DNA from: Meyerozyma guilliermondii
Taxonomy: Eukaryota
Reading direction: 5' to 3'
NCBI GenBank assembly: GCA_051546255.1
Contig: CP128816.1
Location: 496,001-560,000, forward strand
Length of the DNA: 64,000 bases
This document shows positions 20,921 through 31,742 of this stretch, piece by piece; the first letter of the stretch is position 1; each line of letters starts with the position of its first letter. Position numbers and translations under genes: made by a program. The notes beneath the pieces are model-generated. The model was not told the DNA's origin. It saw only the letters and a program-made list of their open reading frames with translations, and ran no database searches.

Positions 20921-22036
20921 TCAAGACAACAATCTCACCACTATTTCCCACGTTCCAAACATGATGATCGAATTGGGCACAGTACGCAACAAATGAGGTG
21001 TTAAACCTCCATACATGCTAACGAGACCCTCTTCCTTGACAACGAGCTTGAAACATTGGACAAGACCGGTATATTTGGGCTTTCCAGTAGATTCCAAAGG
21101 CGCCTGTCTCAATCTTGTTCTTACTACTTCATGTGGGTAAGTGATAAGAGAAGCCACGAATTTTGCAGCTCCGGCGGCCCCCGACCTAGCAGACCACTCC
21201 AAAATGTGGTCCTTAGTAGTCTTAGTAGCGCCATGAGCACCGTGAGCTTCAATAGATCTTTTGTTAATGAAGGACTTCATTTGCTCATATAAAACCCACT
21301 GTAAAGTAGACTCCACTCCTCCCAAATACGACGCACTGAGTCCTTTGTATAGGCTTCGGAACCCTTCATACTTGATGATATGTTTGAAGCAGTCCCACGA
21401 ATTTTTGTAGTGTCTACCTTTAGTTTTATCCAATTGCAATCTTGTCTTGATAAGCCATATTGGGTTAGTTGCTGTAGATGTCACAAAACCAGCATTAATT
21501 CCGGAAACCAAGTGGATCCAGGTAGCTTCGTGACCATCATTAAAATGAGATGAGACCAATTCTTTCGTGGTTCCGTAAGTGAAAAAGTTGATAGAACGAG
21601 CAGGAATCACTCCTACCAAATTCGGTCCGAGACCCTTGAATAATGCTCTACTTCCTTCCGTAGCATATAGCTGGTGTATCACAGATCCCGTTTCCTTAAA
21701 GTGCTGGGCTGCTTTGATCAATGGATTGGTTGATTTTGGGGATTTGTTGTAAAGTGATTGATACGCATCTGACTGAAGCCTCGTCTTCACCACGTCAAGT
21801 GGACAAGTAATGACGGCACCGACCATCCCACCAATGCCTCCTGCAACGAAATGAACCCATTTCTTGGTTTGGGGTACTTCCACTTGGTTCTTTATTTGTG
21901 TTTCTTGAATGGACCCTTCGAAATCTGAGAGAGTTTGAGCATTTCTGTTAGTTGAAGATTGTTCATCCGATGCCAAATACGGGAACGATTGTTCCATTTG
22001 TCGCTCTAGCTCCTCGAGCTTATCTGGATTCCCCAT
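20921..22036 (-). CDS. RIM2: Mitochondrial pyrimidine nucleotide carrier
   Basis: Three PxDxxKxR-type carrier repeats (PLDVVKTRLQ, PIWLIKTRLQ, PHEVVRTRLRQ); GLGPNLVGVIPARSINF. Confidence 0.95.
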   Translation of the reverse strand: MGNPDKLEELERQMEQSFPYLASDEQSSTNRNAQTLSDFEGSIQETQIKNQVEVPQTKKWVHFVAGGIGGMVGAVITCPLDVVKTRLQSDAYQSLYNKSPKSTNPLIKAAQHFKETGSVIHQLYATEGSRALFKGLGPNLVGVIPARSINFFTYGTTKELVSSHFNDGHEATWIHLVSGINAGFVTSTATNPIWLIKTRLQLDKTKGRHYKNSWDCFKHIIKYEGFRSLYKGLSASYLGGVESTLQWVLYEQMKSFINKRSIEAHGAHGATKTTKDHILEWSARSGAAGAAKFVASLITYPHEVVRTRLRQAPLESTGKPKYTGLVQCFKLVVKEEGLVSMYGGLTPHLLRTVPNSIIMFGTWEIVVRLLS

Positions 22037-22172
22037 CTTCGGCCCACAAGATGGCGGTAGCGTGGTTGTATGTGAAGTTTTCAGTTTTCAATTTCGCACT
22101 CATCGCATTTTTCAGATAGTGCGAAGAGGTCTACGAAGAAGAGAGATTAGTTCAGTAGCTTCATTATGACGA

Positions 22173-25100
22173 CTATTTCAAGGTTTTTATGAAATTGTCA
22201 AGGTTGTACTCATCCTCGTATTGCTGCTCGTCCCACAAGTCTCCCAACTCTCCGACGGCACCAGCTTCCTTTCCTGAAAGTCCACTCTTGACGTCCTCAG
22301 GCACGTAGTTCTCTCTTTCTGGGACCGAATTCTCGTTGGTGGATTTTGCAGCAGCCTCGTCAACATCAAACAAGTCCAAAAGTTGGTTTGTATCCATCGA
22401 CGCCAACCCAGAATTTTGTTGATTTACCACTGTAGATGCAATGTTCATCTTGAACTTTTGTAATCCCATTATTTTCTCTTCCAAAGTATGCTTCGTTATC
22501 AAACGATAAACATTCACAACCTTTTTCTGGCCCAATCGGTGGGCACGATCCATAGCCTGGAGATCGTTCATTGGGTTCCAGTCGTGCTCCACAAATATGA
22601 CAGTATCTGCACCAGTCAAGTTGAGCCCCAATCCTCCAACTTTGGTGGTGAGAAGCAACACATCGATAGATGGATCCTCGTTGAATTTACGCACAATTGA
22701 TTGTCTGTCTCTGGGGTCGGTGCTTCCATCTAGACGCATGTAGGTCACTGATGGGAGATGTTTCTTCAAAAGTTCATTCTCGACTATGTCAAGCATATCT
22801 TTTAGTTGACAGAAAATCAATGCTCGATGGTCGGATATCACTCCTTCTGCGGTGATTTGCTGTTGCAGTTTTTTATTCTTGCCCTTACCAATGTAATCAC
22901 TATCGTCAACACCAATACCACATTCCAATAGTAAGGTTCTCAACGACAACAATTTTGGAGCATGATTTATGCTGCGGATGTCACTCTTATTGATTCGAAG
23001 ATATTCGTTGACTTCGTTGAACTTGGGATGCTCAGGCGAAACCACCAAGGCAGGATGGTTGCAAAGCTTTCTCATGTACTGGAGAGCCTGGAACACATGG
23101 GTGTTTGATTCTCCACCTTCTTTTCCATCCAGTCGATGGTTGATCTCCTCTTGCACTGTATTCTTTTGCTTTTGAGCAAAGTCCTTATACAAGGTTTTTT
23201 GAAGCTCACTGAGCTCACAGTAGTAGTCCTGGATGATCTTTGGAGGTAAATCGGACAACACATCTTCCTTCAATCTACGCAACATAAACGGTAACACTTG
23301 CTTGTGAAGAGACTCGAGCGCCAATGCTCCGGCTTCTTGTTCCTTTGAGGAGGTCTTGCTATTTCTGCTGGCAGCAATGGGCTTGGCAAACTTTTCATGG
23401 AACACTTTTTCGGTACCTAAGAAACCTGGCATCAAAAAGTCGAACAAAGACCACAATTCTAACACATTATTCTGGATTGGAGTGCCCGATAAAATGAGTC
23501 TGTGTTCTGCTCTCACTTGTTTGACTGATTTGGTCAATTTTGAGGACGAGTTCTTGATGATATGTCCTTCATCAAGTACACAATAGTTGAAATCGTGTGC
23601 CAAAAGATGGTCGATATCGTTTCTGCAGACGTCATAAGAAGTTATAACTATATCCGCTGAAGAGATCTGTGAGCGAATCGCTGCTCTAGCAGATGGTCCC
23701 CCCGCGTAAACCAAGGGTTTCAAAAACGGCGAGTATTGAAGAATTTCCTGCTCCCAGTGACCAGTCAATGAAGGAGGGCAGATAATTATCGAAGCCAATT
23801 TGCGGAATTCGGGCGAGTTTGTTTCCTTGAACTTTTCGGCCCTAAGGTAGTGATCTGAAGCAACAATACATAACGTTTGCAAAGTCTTCCCAAGCCCCAT
23901 ATCATCACACAAAATACCATGCAAGTGATACTTGTTCAAGAATGCTAACCAGTTGACACCCTCTTGCTGATACTTCCTCAACGTGGCTTTGATGGACACA
24001 GGCAAATCAAAAGGCTTTATCTTTGAAGGATCCATCATTTGTTGAATGAACTCTCTTTCCTTATCTCTACCCTCAAGTAATTCCTGCGGCATACCCTCTG
24101 GATCAGGAATTCCAGCTTCAAGAGGAACCAACTTGATAATGGATGCAAACGTTGTCGTTGCAAGTACTCGAACATCATGGTCAGAATCACTCATTCTTCC
24201 GAGCACTGGGACAATCAAAAACACAATATATGGAAGAATATCGGCACCCATTGTCGCTGATACATGGTAAATACTTTCAATTGCTCCCTGGCGCTCTTCT
24301 GTAACACCAGAGCTGTTGACCATTGGGAGCACCGACTTGACCAAAAATGTGAAAGCCTTGGTGGGACACACCGAGCAAATTGTTGCCAAGGCTTTAGCGG
24401 AAGAATATCGAAACACTGAGTAGGCTGAACATAAACCAGGCTTCAAATAAGGAACACACTCGAGAACTTGATCATGAAGAGAGGGATCAAGTTTGGGCAA
24501 GAGAGCACGCAAGATACCCAAAGCATCAATAACAACTTGTCCCTTCTGTTGGTCTTCGATGAGTGCATCTCCCGTAGTGTTCTCGAGGAGAGCAATAGGG
24601 TCAAGCATAAGTTCCTTGAGTTTTGGAACTTCATCAAAGAGCGCTGTAGAGTACAGGTTAATAAGTGCTTCCATCGCCAACATAGCTCCCGTACGTTTAA
24701 TTCTGGCTTCCTGAACAGCCCGTTCATGAGCTGCGATATCCACAGGATCAGTCTTAGCTTCCTCCTTCATCAAGCTGAGAATATTGGTTTTGAATTTGAC
24801 ATTATGTTGCACCTCAGGGATTTCCGAAGTATCAACACATAAGAATGCACACAAGTTCTTGACAATCTTGTCGCTGGCATTTTTCTTGCCTCCTTCGTTC
24901 AACTGCTTCACCAATACAGACACCGATGCGGCAGCTCTTCTTTGAAGGGTTTCAGACTCTTCTTGCTTGATACTATCCATCAAAGATCTGATAATAGGAT
25001 TTAACTTTTTGGGGATACCAGTTGCGGCAAGAACTGAAGCAGAATAAGCGCTTAGAATGCTTACGATTCTGTTGGATCTTGCCATTTTAGCTTCATCAAT

Positions 25101-27860
25101 GGCAACCTGGACTCTGTGCTTGGAATCTTCAAGGGCCAGATTTGCAGCCAATCGATTGTTAGCCAGCATCGACTTTGTTAATTTCTCATAAGTTTCATTA
25201 ATCAACTTTTCAGCATTTTCGATTCCAAAGGCACCAGGACCAGCATCAACTTCGCCTTGAACAAGAACAGGTAGTTGTGGTAATTTTGACTGTGAAACCT
25301 TACCAAGCGTTACAAAAGTGTCGAATAGTTGGAGGCACGAAGTTCGAACCGACTTCAACGTTGGTACTAATTCCCTGAAGTAAGGCAAGTCCACCAGGCT
25401 CGAAAGCATTTCCATAAGGGCAGAACTATACAGCTGTAAGATTTCATGGGCATCAACGTTTCTTTGCAAAGCAGCGTCGGCATACTCTTGGATAATCATA
25501 GCACCTAGGAGACGAGGAGTTGCGTGAGGTGACTTTAAATGCCCACATATCACATCTTTGAGTTCGAGTAAAAGATCGTCATCTTCAACATAAGACATTA
25601 GGAGACCAAAAGCATTCGAAGCAGCGGCTCTTGTGCGGATAAAGGATTCGTATCCAAGAAGCATGACATCTCCCTTGATGATTGGGGCATCTATATTCAC
25701 TCGAAGATCATCGGTAGGTATGTCCAACTTATTCTTTTCCTCCTGCTTTCTTTTTCGTCCACGTTTGGAATCCACATCGATAATTTCACTAGCATCAAGT
25801 GTATGTCCCGAGGGACGCATTATAAGATCGGTGTTCATATTGTAGTTGTGACGAGCAATTCCAATCGGAGTCATCAAGAGAGACAAAAGCGGTTGGTAAT
25901 GATTGAGAAAAATGGCGGTAATCTTTGACGGTTGCAGCGAGGAAAGAACATCAAGGGTCGTCTTGAACACTTTCATGGAGAGATCAAGAACCTCGCGGTT
26001 CTGCTCCACCAATAAATTTTGAAATATCAATCGTAATGTTTTTGCATCTATCCATACTTTTGGTCCTTCTATGTTGAGAAATTCCAAGATGGTCCTTAAT
26101 ACTGCCTTCCTTACATTGGTGATGGAATGGCGAAGAAATGGAAATAATCTGGGAACAAGATTCTCAAATGCTTTTTCTTTGTCCTGAGCAGCATCTTTCT
26201 GCATTATGTCTATAATTTGTGTATGGGTGCACAAACGGGCTAACAAGTCCATGACAGCTCCAATAGAGGCAGATAAATCGTCTCGTAGATTTGTAAGACA
26301 ATCCCATATGACAGACAACAATGTATGGACAAGTGCTGATTTTGTTTCGACAAATTCGGAAGCAATTGGTGTCAATGTTAATGCTGCGACCGCTTGAACG
26401 TCGTCGTCACTTTCTTTCAATCCAAAAAGAACCATGTCAATGACTTTGTCCAATAGATCGGGACGGGATAAGAATATTTCTGGCTTGACACTCACAAAGT
26501 ATCGTAATCCCAACATTCCTCCATGCTTTGCTTCCCAGCATTTTGGGAGATTGAGGCTGTCTGCAAATGGCTGAAGCACCAAATCGTAGAGCGAGTCGAA
26601 AGTTTTTAAGACAATAGGTTCATCGAGATGAATCAAAAGCGCCGCCAACGTTTGAGCAGCCGATTCTCTCACTGGTGCAATTACAGTGTCTGAAACATAA
26701 TCGCCAAATCTGTCGAGTGCAAAAAGAGTACAAAGCCGTACCGCCAAGTCCTCTAGGGTGGCCGAGTTATTGCGATCGTTGTCTGCCCTCAGCTTCTTAG
26801 CAAGCCGTCCCGCACCCTTTCCGTGCTTTTTCATGAGTTCACGCAACCCCAAAGCTGCGCCGTGCCGAGATTCCCATTTGGGGTCGAACAAGTCGCCGAG
26901 AAGCAACTCGTATACGCCTTGAAACTGCCACACCAAACCCGACACTTTGGCTTGCTGAGAAAGCAACGGAGAGAGTTCCGAGTCCTTCGTTTCCATAACC
27001 AACTTCAGGCCGCCCTGTTGCGACGTGAGGTCAAACTGGGGCTCCGGCACGGCATCGTCAGTGGTATCGGGGTCTTCAGCCAACTTGCGAGACATGGAGC
27101 TTTGCGACAAATCGACGGGTTTTATTCGACCAGACGACGATTTGGCATTGACTTTAGCTCGTCTTTTCTGCATGGCTTTGAGTCTGGCACTGGCAGCAGC
27201 AGACATGGGTGGAGGAGTGGGCGATACTGTTTCTGTTTTTACTGATTCCGTCTCAGACTTGATATTATCCACGGTGTGGCCGAGCGAAGCTGGTGCCACC
27301 AACAGCGACCTTGATTCCACCGTTGGTTCGGGCTTGATGCGGGCTCGCTTGATTTTTTTGAGCAATAAGTTGTCGGATTCGAAATCTTCAATCTCGATGT
27401 CGACACCAGAGTCCGAAGCGCTCAGCGACAAAAGCTTGTGGCCCGACTTGAGAATGGCATGGAGGTCCCACGACCGGAAGTCTACGAGATTCGACAAGTT
27501 GTCGTCGAATTTTTGGAGTTCTTCGTCTTGTTCTTGTTTGATTCGTTCGCTATCATCTTCAATTTTCACGGTGGGATCATTCATTTCCATATCATGAAAC
27601 TCACTTTCTCGCTTCATTACGTCGGAATCGTTGGGGTCCCAGGTATCGCAATGGTTGACAATTCCCCCAAACGCCCGGGCAGCCGCTATACGGGTTTCCC
27701 ATTTCTCTGACTTTAAATATGGAAACACTCGCCCAAGTAAATTTATGGCATCTTCTGGATGGCCCTTTGCTAGATCAGATAGTTGGTCTGCAGCTGTGTT
27801 GCGGATGAACACGGTGGAGCCTGTCTCTAGAAGTACAACCAATCGGTCTAGACGAGACAT
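22173..27860 (-). CDS. MOT1: TBP-associated Swi2/Snf2 ATPase Mot1
   Basis: SRLDRLVVLLETGS start, HEAT repeats, LDRFGDYVSD, GILCDDMGLGKT, LDEGH, QAMDRAHRLGQ. Confidence 0.97.
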   Translation of the reverse strand: MSRLDRLVVLLETGSTVFIRNTAADQLSDLAKGHPEDAINLLGRVFPYLKSEKWETRIAAARAFGGIVNHCDTWDPNDSDVMKRESEFHDMEMNDPTVKIEDDSERIKQEQDEELQKFDDNLSNLVDFRSWDLHAILKSGHKLLSLSASDSGVDIEIEDFESDNLLLKKIKRARIKPEPTVESRSLLVAPASLGHTVDNIKSETESVKTETVSPTPPPMSAAASARLKAMQKRRAKVNAKSSSGRIKPVDLSQSSMSRKLAEDPDTTDDAVPEPQFDLTSQQGGLKLVMETKDSELSPLLSQQAKVSGLVWQFQGVYELLLGDLFDPKWESRHGAALGLRELMKKHGKGAGRLAKKLRADNDRNNSATLEDLAVRLCTLFALDRFGDYVSDTVIAPVRESAAQTLAALLIHLDEPIVLKTFDSLYDLVLQPFADSLNLPKCWEAKHGGMLGLRYFVSVKPEIFLSRPDLLDKVIDMVLFGLKESDDDVQAVAALTLTPIASEFVETKSALVHTLLSVIWDCLTNLRDDLSASIGAVMDLLARLCTHTQIIDIMQKDAAQDKEKAFENLVPRLFPFLRHSITNVRKAVLRTILEFLNIEGPKVWIDAKTLRLIFQNLLVEQNREVLDLSMKVFKTTLDVLSSLQPSKITAIFLNHYQPLLSLLMTPIGIARHNYNMNTDLIMRPSGHTLDASEIIDVDSKRGRKRKQEEKNKLDIPTDDLRVNIDAPIIKGDVMLLGYESFIRTRAAASNAFGLLMSYVEDDDLLLELKDVICGHLKSPHATPRLLGAMIIQEYADAALQRNVDAHEILQLYSSALMEMLSSLVDLPYFRELVPTLKSVRTSCLQLFDTFVTLGKVSQSKLPQLPVLVQGEVDAGPGAFGIENAEKLINETYEKLTKSMLANNRLAANLALEDSKHRVQVAIDEAKMARSNRIVSILSAYSASVLAATGIPKKLNPIIRSLMDSIKQEESETLQRRAAASVSVLVKQLNEGGKKNASDKIVKNLCAFLCVDTSEIPEVQHNVKFKTNILSLMKEEAKTDPVDIAAHERAVQEARIKRTGAMLAMEALINLYSTALFDEVPKLKELMLDPIALLENTTGDALIEDQQKGQVVIDALGILRALLPKLDPSLHDQVLECVPYLKPGLCSAYSVFRYSSAKALATICSVCPTKAFTFLVKSVLPMVNSSGVTEERQGAIESIYHVSATMGADILPYIVFLIVPVLGRMSDSDHDVRVLATTTFASIIKLVPLEAGIPDPEGMPQELLEGRDKEREFIQQMMDPSKIKPFDLPVSIKATLRKYQQEGVNWLAFLNKYHLHGILCDDMGLGKTLQTLCIVASDHYLRAEKFKETNSPEFRKLASIIICPPSLTGHWEQEILQYSPFLKPLVYAGGPSARAAIRSQISSADIVITSYDVCRNDIDHLLAHDFNYCVLDEGHIIKNSSSKLTKSVKQVRAEHRLILSGTPIQNNVLELWSLFDFLMPGFLGTEKVFHEKFAKPIAASRNSKTSSKEQEAGALALESLHKQVLPFMLRRLKEDVLSDLPPKIIQDYYCELSELQKTLYKDFAQKQKNTVQEEINHRLDGKEGGESNTHVFQALQYMRKLCNHPALVVSPEHPKFNEVNEYLRINKSDIRSINHAPKLLSLRTLLLECGIGVDDSDYIGKGKNKKLQQQITAEGVISDHRALIFCQLKDMLDIVENELLKKHLPSVTYMRLDGSTDPRDRQSIVRKFNEDPSIDVLLLTTKVGGLGLNLTGADTVIFVEHDWNPMNDLQAMDRAHRLGQKKVVNVYRLITKHTLEEKIMGLQKFKMNIASTVVNQQNSGLASMDTNQLLDLFDVDEAAAKSTNENSVPERENYVPEDVKSGLSGKEAGAVGELGDLWDEQQYEDEYNLDNFIKTLK

Positions 27861-28226
27861 GAAACCTAAGATTGAGCAGCCGGATTTTTCGCGTGGAGCG
27901 AACCGGGCCTTTTATAGGCGATGCGCGAACGTGGAGAGAGCCAACGGAGACAGCCAAAGAGAGAGAACAGATAAAAGAAGGAAGGGGTATAGAGAACAAA
28001 ACAGATAGTAGAGATCACGGAGAATAGGTGGCAGAGAAAAGAGATCAAAGATAATGAGAGCAATGAAATAGATTGGGGAAGAGGGAAGAGGAGACAAGAC
28101 CAAAGTGTAATACCTTTGAAATATCTTCAGCCTTGGTTTCTGACTCTATTCTCTGAGATTTGCCTCAGTATGAATTTCTGACCTCTTTCCTTTTTGATTT
28201 CTGTATTTTTCCGTTTGTTTTCGTAT

Positions 28227-28898
28227 TTAAGCAAACTTCTTTTCCCGGCTCTGGCGCACCTCTTGCTTCTTGGATGCGACAGCCTCCTGGCTGGCATTGT
28301 AGTCGATGTTGGTTTCTTGGTTCATAGGGTTCAATGGCGACTTCTGGAACTCTTTGTGGATCAAATTCTTGATCTGCTGGAGCCTTAACCCGGGGTTTTC
28401 CTTCTTGAGCTCGGGGATCCGTTGCTCTTCGAATGCTGCGTACGCTGCCTTCATTCTTCTTTCCGGATGTCTATCGATATCTTTCGACGAAACTCCGCCA
28501 TCCTTGCTCGTGAGCGCCAACGCATCCAACGCATTGTCAATTCCACTGGCACTGACCTCGGGAGTATCTTTGTTAAAGTCCAAAAAGTCATCGATCTTGC
28601 CTGCTCTTCTAGCAGCAACTTTGGCGGCACCACGTTGTTTCGAACTTTGCGGTTTCGAGGGAAGAGCTTGCTCCTCCGCTGCTAAGAGAGCATCACGTTC
28701 AGCCTTTTTTCTAGCTGCTTCTTCTTTTTTAAACTGAGCGTCATCCTTCTTCTTATTACCCTTCTTGGCCCCATCTTCCCATTGAGCGGCCTCAGCAGCC
28801 TCAGCAGCCTGGTTTTCGGCCTGCTTTTTCTTGCTGGCGTTCTCTGCCTTCTTGGCGTTTCCAGCAGCCTTCTTTGTATTTTCACCTTTTTTTGCCAT
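28227..28898 (-). CDS. CCDC124/Lso2-family ribosome-associated coiled-coil protein
   Basis: GENTKKAAGNAKKAE, W..G motif, ASGIDNALDAL, IDRHPERRMKAAY..ELKKENPGLR..KSPLNPMNQ; ATG 28898. Confidence 0.88.
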   Translation of the reverse strand: MAKKGENTKKAAGNAKKAENASKKKQAENQAAEAAEAAQWEDGAKKGNKKKDDAQFKKEEAARKKAERDALLAAEEQALPSKPQSSKQRGAAKVAARRAGKIDDFLDFNKDTPEVSASGIDNALDALALTSKDGGVSSKDIDRHPERRMKAAYAAFEEQRIPELKKENPGLRLQQIKNLIHKEFQKSPLNPMNQETNIDYNASQEAVASKKQEVRQSREKKFA

Positions 28899-29061
28899 TA
28901 GGTTCCGTAGTCGTCGATCGTGAGTTCCTACATCGGCGATGATGTAAGCGGCGAAAACCACAACGACTAACTAGTGAGACACTAATTTGCTTTAACTTCA
29001 TTGTTTGTATTCATTCGATTTTGATTTCTTATTTATGTTCATTCTTATCTTCATTTATAGC

Positions 29062-30108
29062 TCACAACTTTGACGGGCGGAACACAACACGGCCCTTAAC
29101 CTCGCCTTTGGCAAGCCGCTTCAAGTACTGAGGAAGCTCAGCAAAATCACCATTGGTCACCATTGGCTTGACCAAACCCTTTGTGACCCACTGAAGCAGC
29201 TGTTCCTGGCTCGAGGCGGTGCCACCAAACGAAAAAATCACCTGGAGACTGCGACGGGCCGAGTCGTAGTTGCGCAACATCAACTTTGATCTTCCTAAAC
29301 CCACCACCACAATCTTGCCTCCACTTTGAGCGTATTTTTGACACGAGTCGAAGGTTTCCTGGAACCCACAAAAGTCAAAGCACACGTCGAACAGTTCTGG
29401 TTTGTGTGGGCTGGAATTGATGTCTGTATAAAACTCATCGGCTCCACATTGGCGTGCGAACTCCTCCAACTCTGGCTTGACATCGCACGCTACCACATGG
29501 CATCCGTAGTTTTTTATGATTTGCACGGCATTGGATCCCAACCCGCCGAGCCCCATAACAAGGATCTTGGCCGTGGGAACCAAATCTGGCTTCACCTTGT
29601 GCACAGCATGGAGCGGGGTCAAGACTGAGTCACTGGAAACAGCTGCCATTTCGTAGCTGAGTCCATCAGGAAGTGGAAGCAAAGTGTTGAGGTCTGTGAC
29701 CAACAAGTACTGCTGGAACCCACCGTCACGATTCAAGCCATAAGCACCGGGAAACTTGCCGTTGCCCGTACAGCAATTGTCATGGCCATTTCGACAATTG
29801 GCACAGCGGCCGCAGGTGAGCCCGATACAAACCGTAAACCGATTTCCCACTTTATACCGTGGATCCAGCTCCAATTTCCCACCCACAGCAGCAATCAGCC
29901 CTGCGATTTCGTGCCCCATGACAAACGTTTCAGGAACATGGGTTTCTTGCGCCATGAGTATGTGCACATCCGACATGCAGAGACCAACGGCTTCCACCTT
30001 GAGGAGCACTTGGTTGTCTTCTGGGTGCGGAACGGGCCAGTCGTCCCTTCTGACAATCTCACGGCTGCCTCGTTTGAAGGTGTAGGCGGTTTGAATGGAG
30101 GGAAGCAT
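29062..30108 (-). CDS. Zn-dependent medium-chain (secondary) alcohol dehydrogenase with C-terminal SKL
   Basis: GLCMSDVH, GHEIAG, structural Zn CGRCANC..C, Rossmann GLGGLG, GRVVF; ATG 30108. Confidence 0.9.
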   Translation of the reverse strand: MLPSIQTAYTFKRGSREIVRRDDWPVPHPEDNQVLLKVEAVGLCMSDVHILMAQETHVPETFVMGHEIAGLIAAVGGKLELDPRYKVGNRFTVCIGLTCGRCANCRNGHDNCCTGNGKFPGAYGLNRDGGFQQYLLVTDLNTLLPLPDGLSYEMAAVSSDSVLTPLHAVHKVKPDLVPTAKILVMGLGGLGSNAVQIIKNYGCHVVACDVKPELEEFARQCGADEFYTDINSSPHKPELFDVCFDFCGFQETFDSCQKYAQSGGKIVVVGLGRSKLMLRNYDSARRSLQVIFSFGGTASSQEQLLQWVTKGLVKPMVTNGDFAELPQYLKRLAKGEVKGRVVFRPSKL

Positions 30109-30369
30109 TGAGTGAAAAAAGTGTGGGGAAATGAAAATCCGGGGAAGCAAATTAGGCTGAAGTTGTCAAAGTAGATGAAACTTGCCTTGATTTAGACTAA
30201 ATAAGACGGAATGTGAATGTCTGATTCGAGTTAACAAAAAACTTGCAAACAAGGCAATTCCATATCTTTATATTCCCTTCCCCATACGGAGTTGCGCCGA
30301 GGCACTCCCCCGCATTTTCGCGAACGGCCAACTACAGCAAAAAAAAAACCAATCAACTACTTTTCTACT

Positions 30370-31626
30370 CTATGTGCTTTTTTGCTTCTTGGAAATGGGC
30401 TCCTCACTCACATCTCTGTCGCCGAGCACAGGCTTCAACGCAGGGGTTCCCAACTCGGCATGGAAATCTTTGATGATGGAATCAACATCGTCAATGTTCA
30501 ATTGTCTGACATCTCCCAACAACTTGATCTTGGCGGTCACTTCCTTGCACTGTTCGTCGGTCAAGTTCAAGTTCAACTGGTCCACTCTCGACTTGATGGC
30601 ATTCCATCCAGTCAAACGATTGGCAAAGTGAATATAACGAGTCAATCCGAAATCAGATGGATTGAGAATCTCGTATGTAGAAGGATTGGCCAAAATGGCT
30701 TTGGCATGAATACCAGCCTTGTGGGTGAAAGCACAGAAACCGGTGATGGGGTTGTTGAAAGGAATGTTCACCTGAACAGCATCGGCCACCAAATTCTCCA
30801 AATCTCTCAACTTATGCAATTTGTACTTGGACAAGACATAGTCCCTGTCGGCGGTGATCATTCTGGCCATCAAAGCTCCCAAAGGAGTGATACCGTTTCT
30901 CTCACCAATTCCCAACACAGATACATCAATCAACTTGGCACCGGCTTCCAAAGCAGTGTAAGCATTGGCAATGGCACAGCCTGTATCGTTGTGGAAATGG
31001 CATTCGATGTCACAGGTGACTACCGACTTCAAGGTCTTGACCAACTCGTAAACCTGACGAGGGTTGGCACATCCAACGGTGTCGGCAATACCAACACGGT
31101 TCACACCAATCTTGTCGACAGTACGGTAGATGTTGAGCAAATCAACGATATCGGATCTGAACGAATCTTCTGACGAAAATCTGATTTCAATACCCTTGGA
31201 CTTGACAAACTCAATCACCTCGATGGCAGACTGGGCAATGTAGTTCATATCCTTACCGTGGGAATATTGTCTGAGAAACTGAGAAGTTCCAATAACCACA
31301 TCCACACCATCGACTCCGGTCTCCACCGCAACTCTAGCATCGTCCATATGGCATCTGATATGGGTCAAAATCTTGGCCTTGAGTCCGAGCTTGCAGATGG
31401 CTTCACAGTCCTTTCTACTCTGCTCACTGGCAACTGGAGAGGTTAATTCGATGTAATCGACACCAAAATCATCCAAAGCCTTGGCTATTTCGATCTTCTT
31501 TTCAGTGGAAAAAAAGGCGTTGGCAAACTGTTCTCCTTCTCTCAAAGTGGACTCTATAACTTCAAACTTGCCGACATTCGACAAGAAGTCGGACGGATTG
31601 GGACCATAAGGGTTGGGCATCGACAT
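30370..31626 (-). CDS. LYS21: Homocitrate synthase (Lys20/21/22 family)
   Basis: [53 protein letters not shown]; basic C-terminal NLS-like tail; ATG 31626. Paralogue number uncertain. Confidence 0.93.
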   Translation of the reverse strand: MSMPNPYGPNPSDFLSNVGKFEVIESTLREGEQFANAFFSTEKKIEIAKALDDFGVDYIELTSPVASEQSRKDCEAICKLGLKAKILTHIRCHMDDARVAVETGVDGVDVVIGTSQFLRQYSHGKDMNYIAQSAIEVIEFVKSKGIEIRFSSEDSFRSDIVDLLNIYRTVDKIGVNRVGIADTVGCANPRQVYELVKTLKSVVTCDIECHFHNDTGCAIANAYTALEAGAKLIDVSVLGIGERNGITPLGALMARMITADRDYVLSKYKLHKLRDLENLVADAVQVNIPFNNPITGFCAFTHKAGIHAKAILANPSTYEILNPSDFGLTRYIHFANRLTGWNAIKSRVDQLNLNLTDEQCKEVTAKIKLLGDVRQLNIDDVDSIIKDFHAELGTPALKPVLGDRDVSEEPISKKQKST

Positions 31627-31671
31627 TATGGGAACAGAATTTTCTGCTGAATAATATATTTCACTTGCTTG

Positions 31672-31712
31672 TGACTCATGCAGAGAACGGTGTAGCGGGT
31701 GTGAGTGACTCA
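31672..31712. promoter_or_regulatory. Two Gcn4 sites (TGACTCA 31672-31678 and 31706-31712) upstream of homocitrate synthase
   Basis: Perfect consensus sites 45-85 bp upstream of an amino-acid biosynthesis gene. Confidence 0.75.
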
Positions 31713-31742
31713 TAGGAAAATCGCATTTCTATACTATACAAG

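Noticed and set aside
30292..31173. Long antisense ORFs (also 17349-18092, 18553-19305, 54594-55151)
   Set aside because: Shadows of codon-biased genes on the opposite strand; mostly non-ATG starts and no recognisable domains
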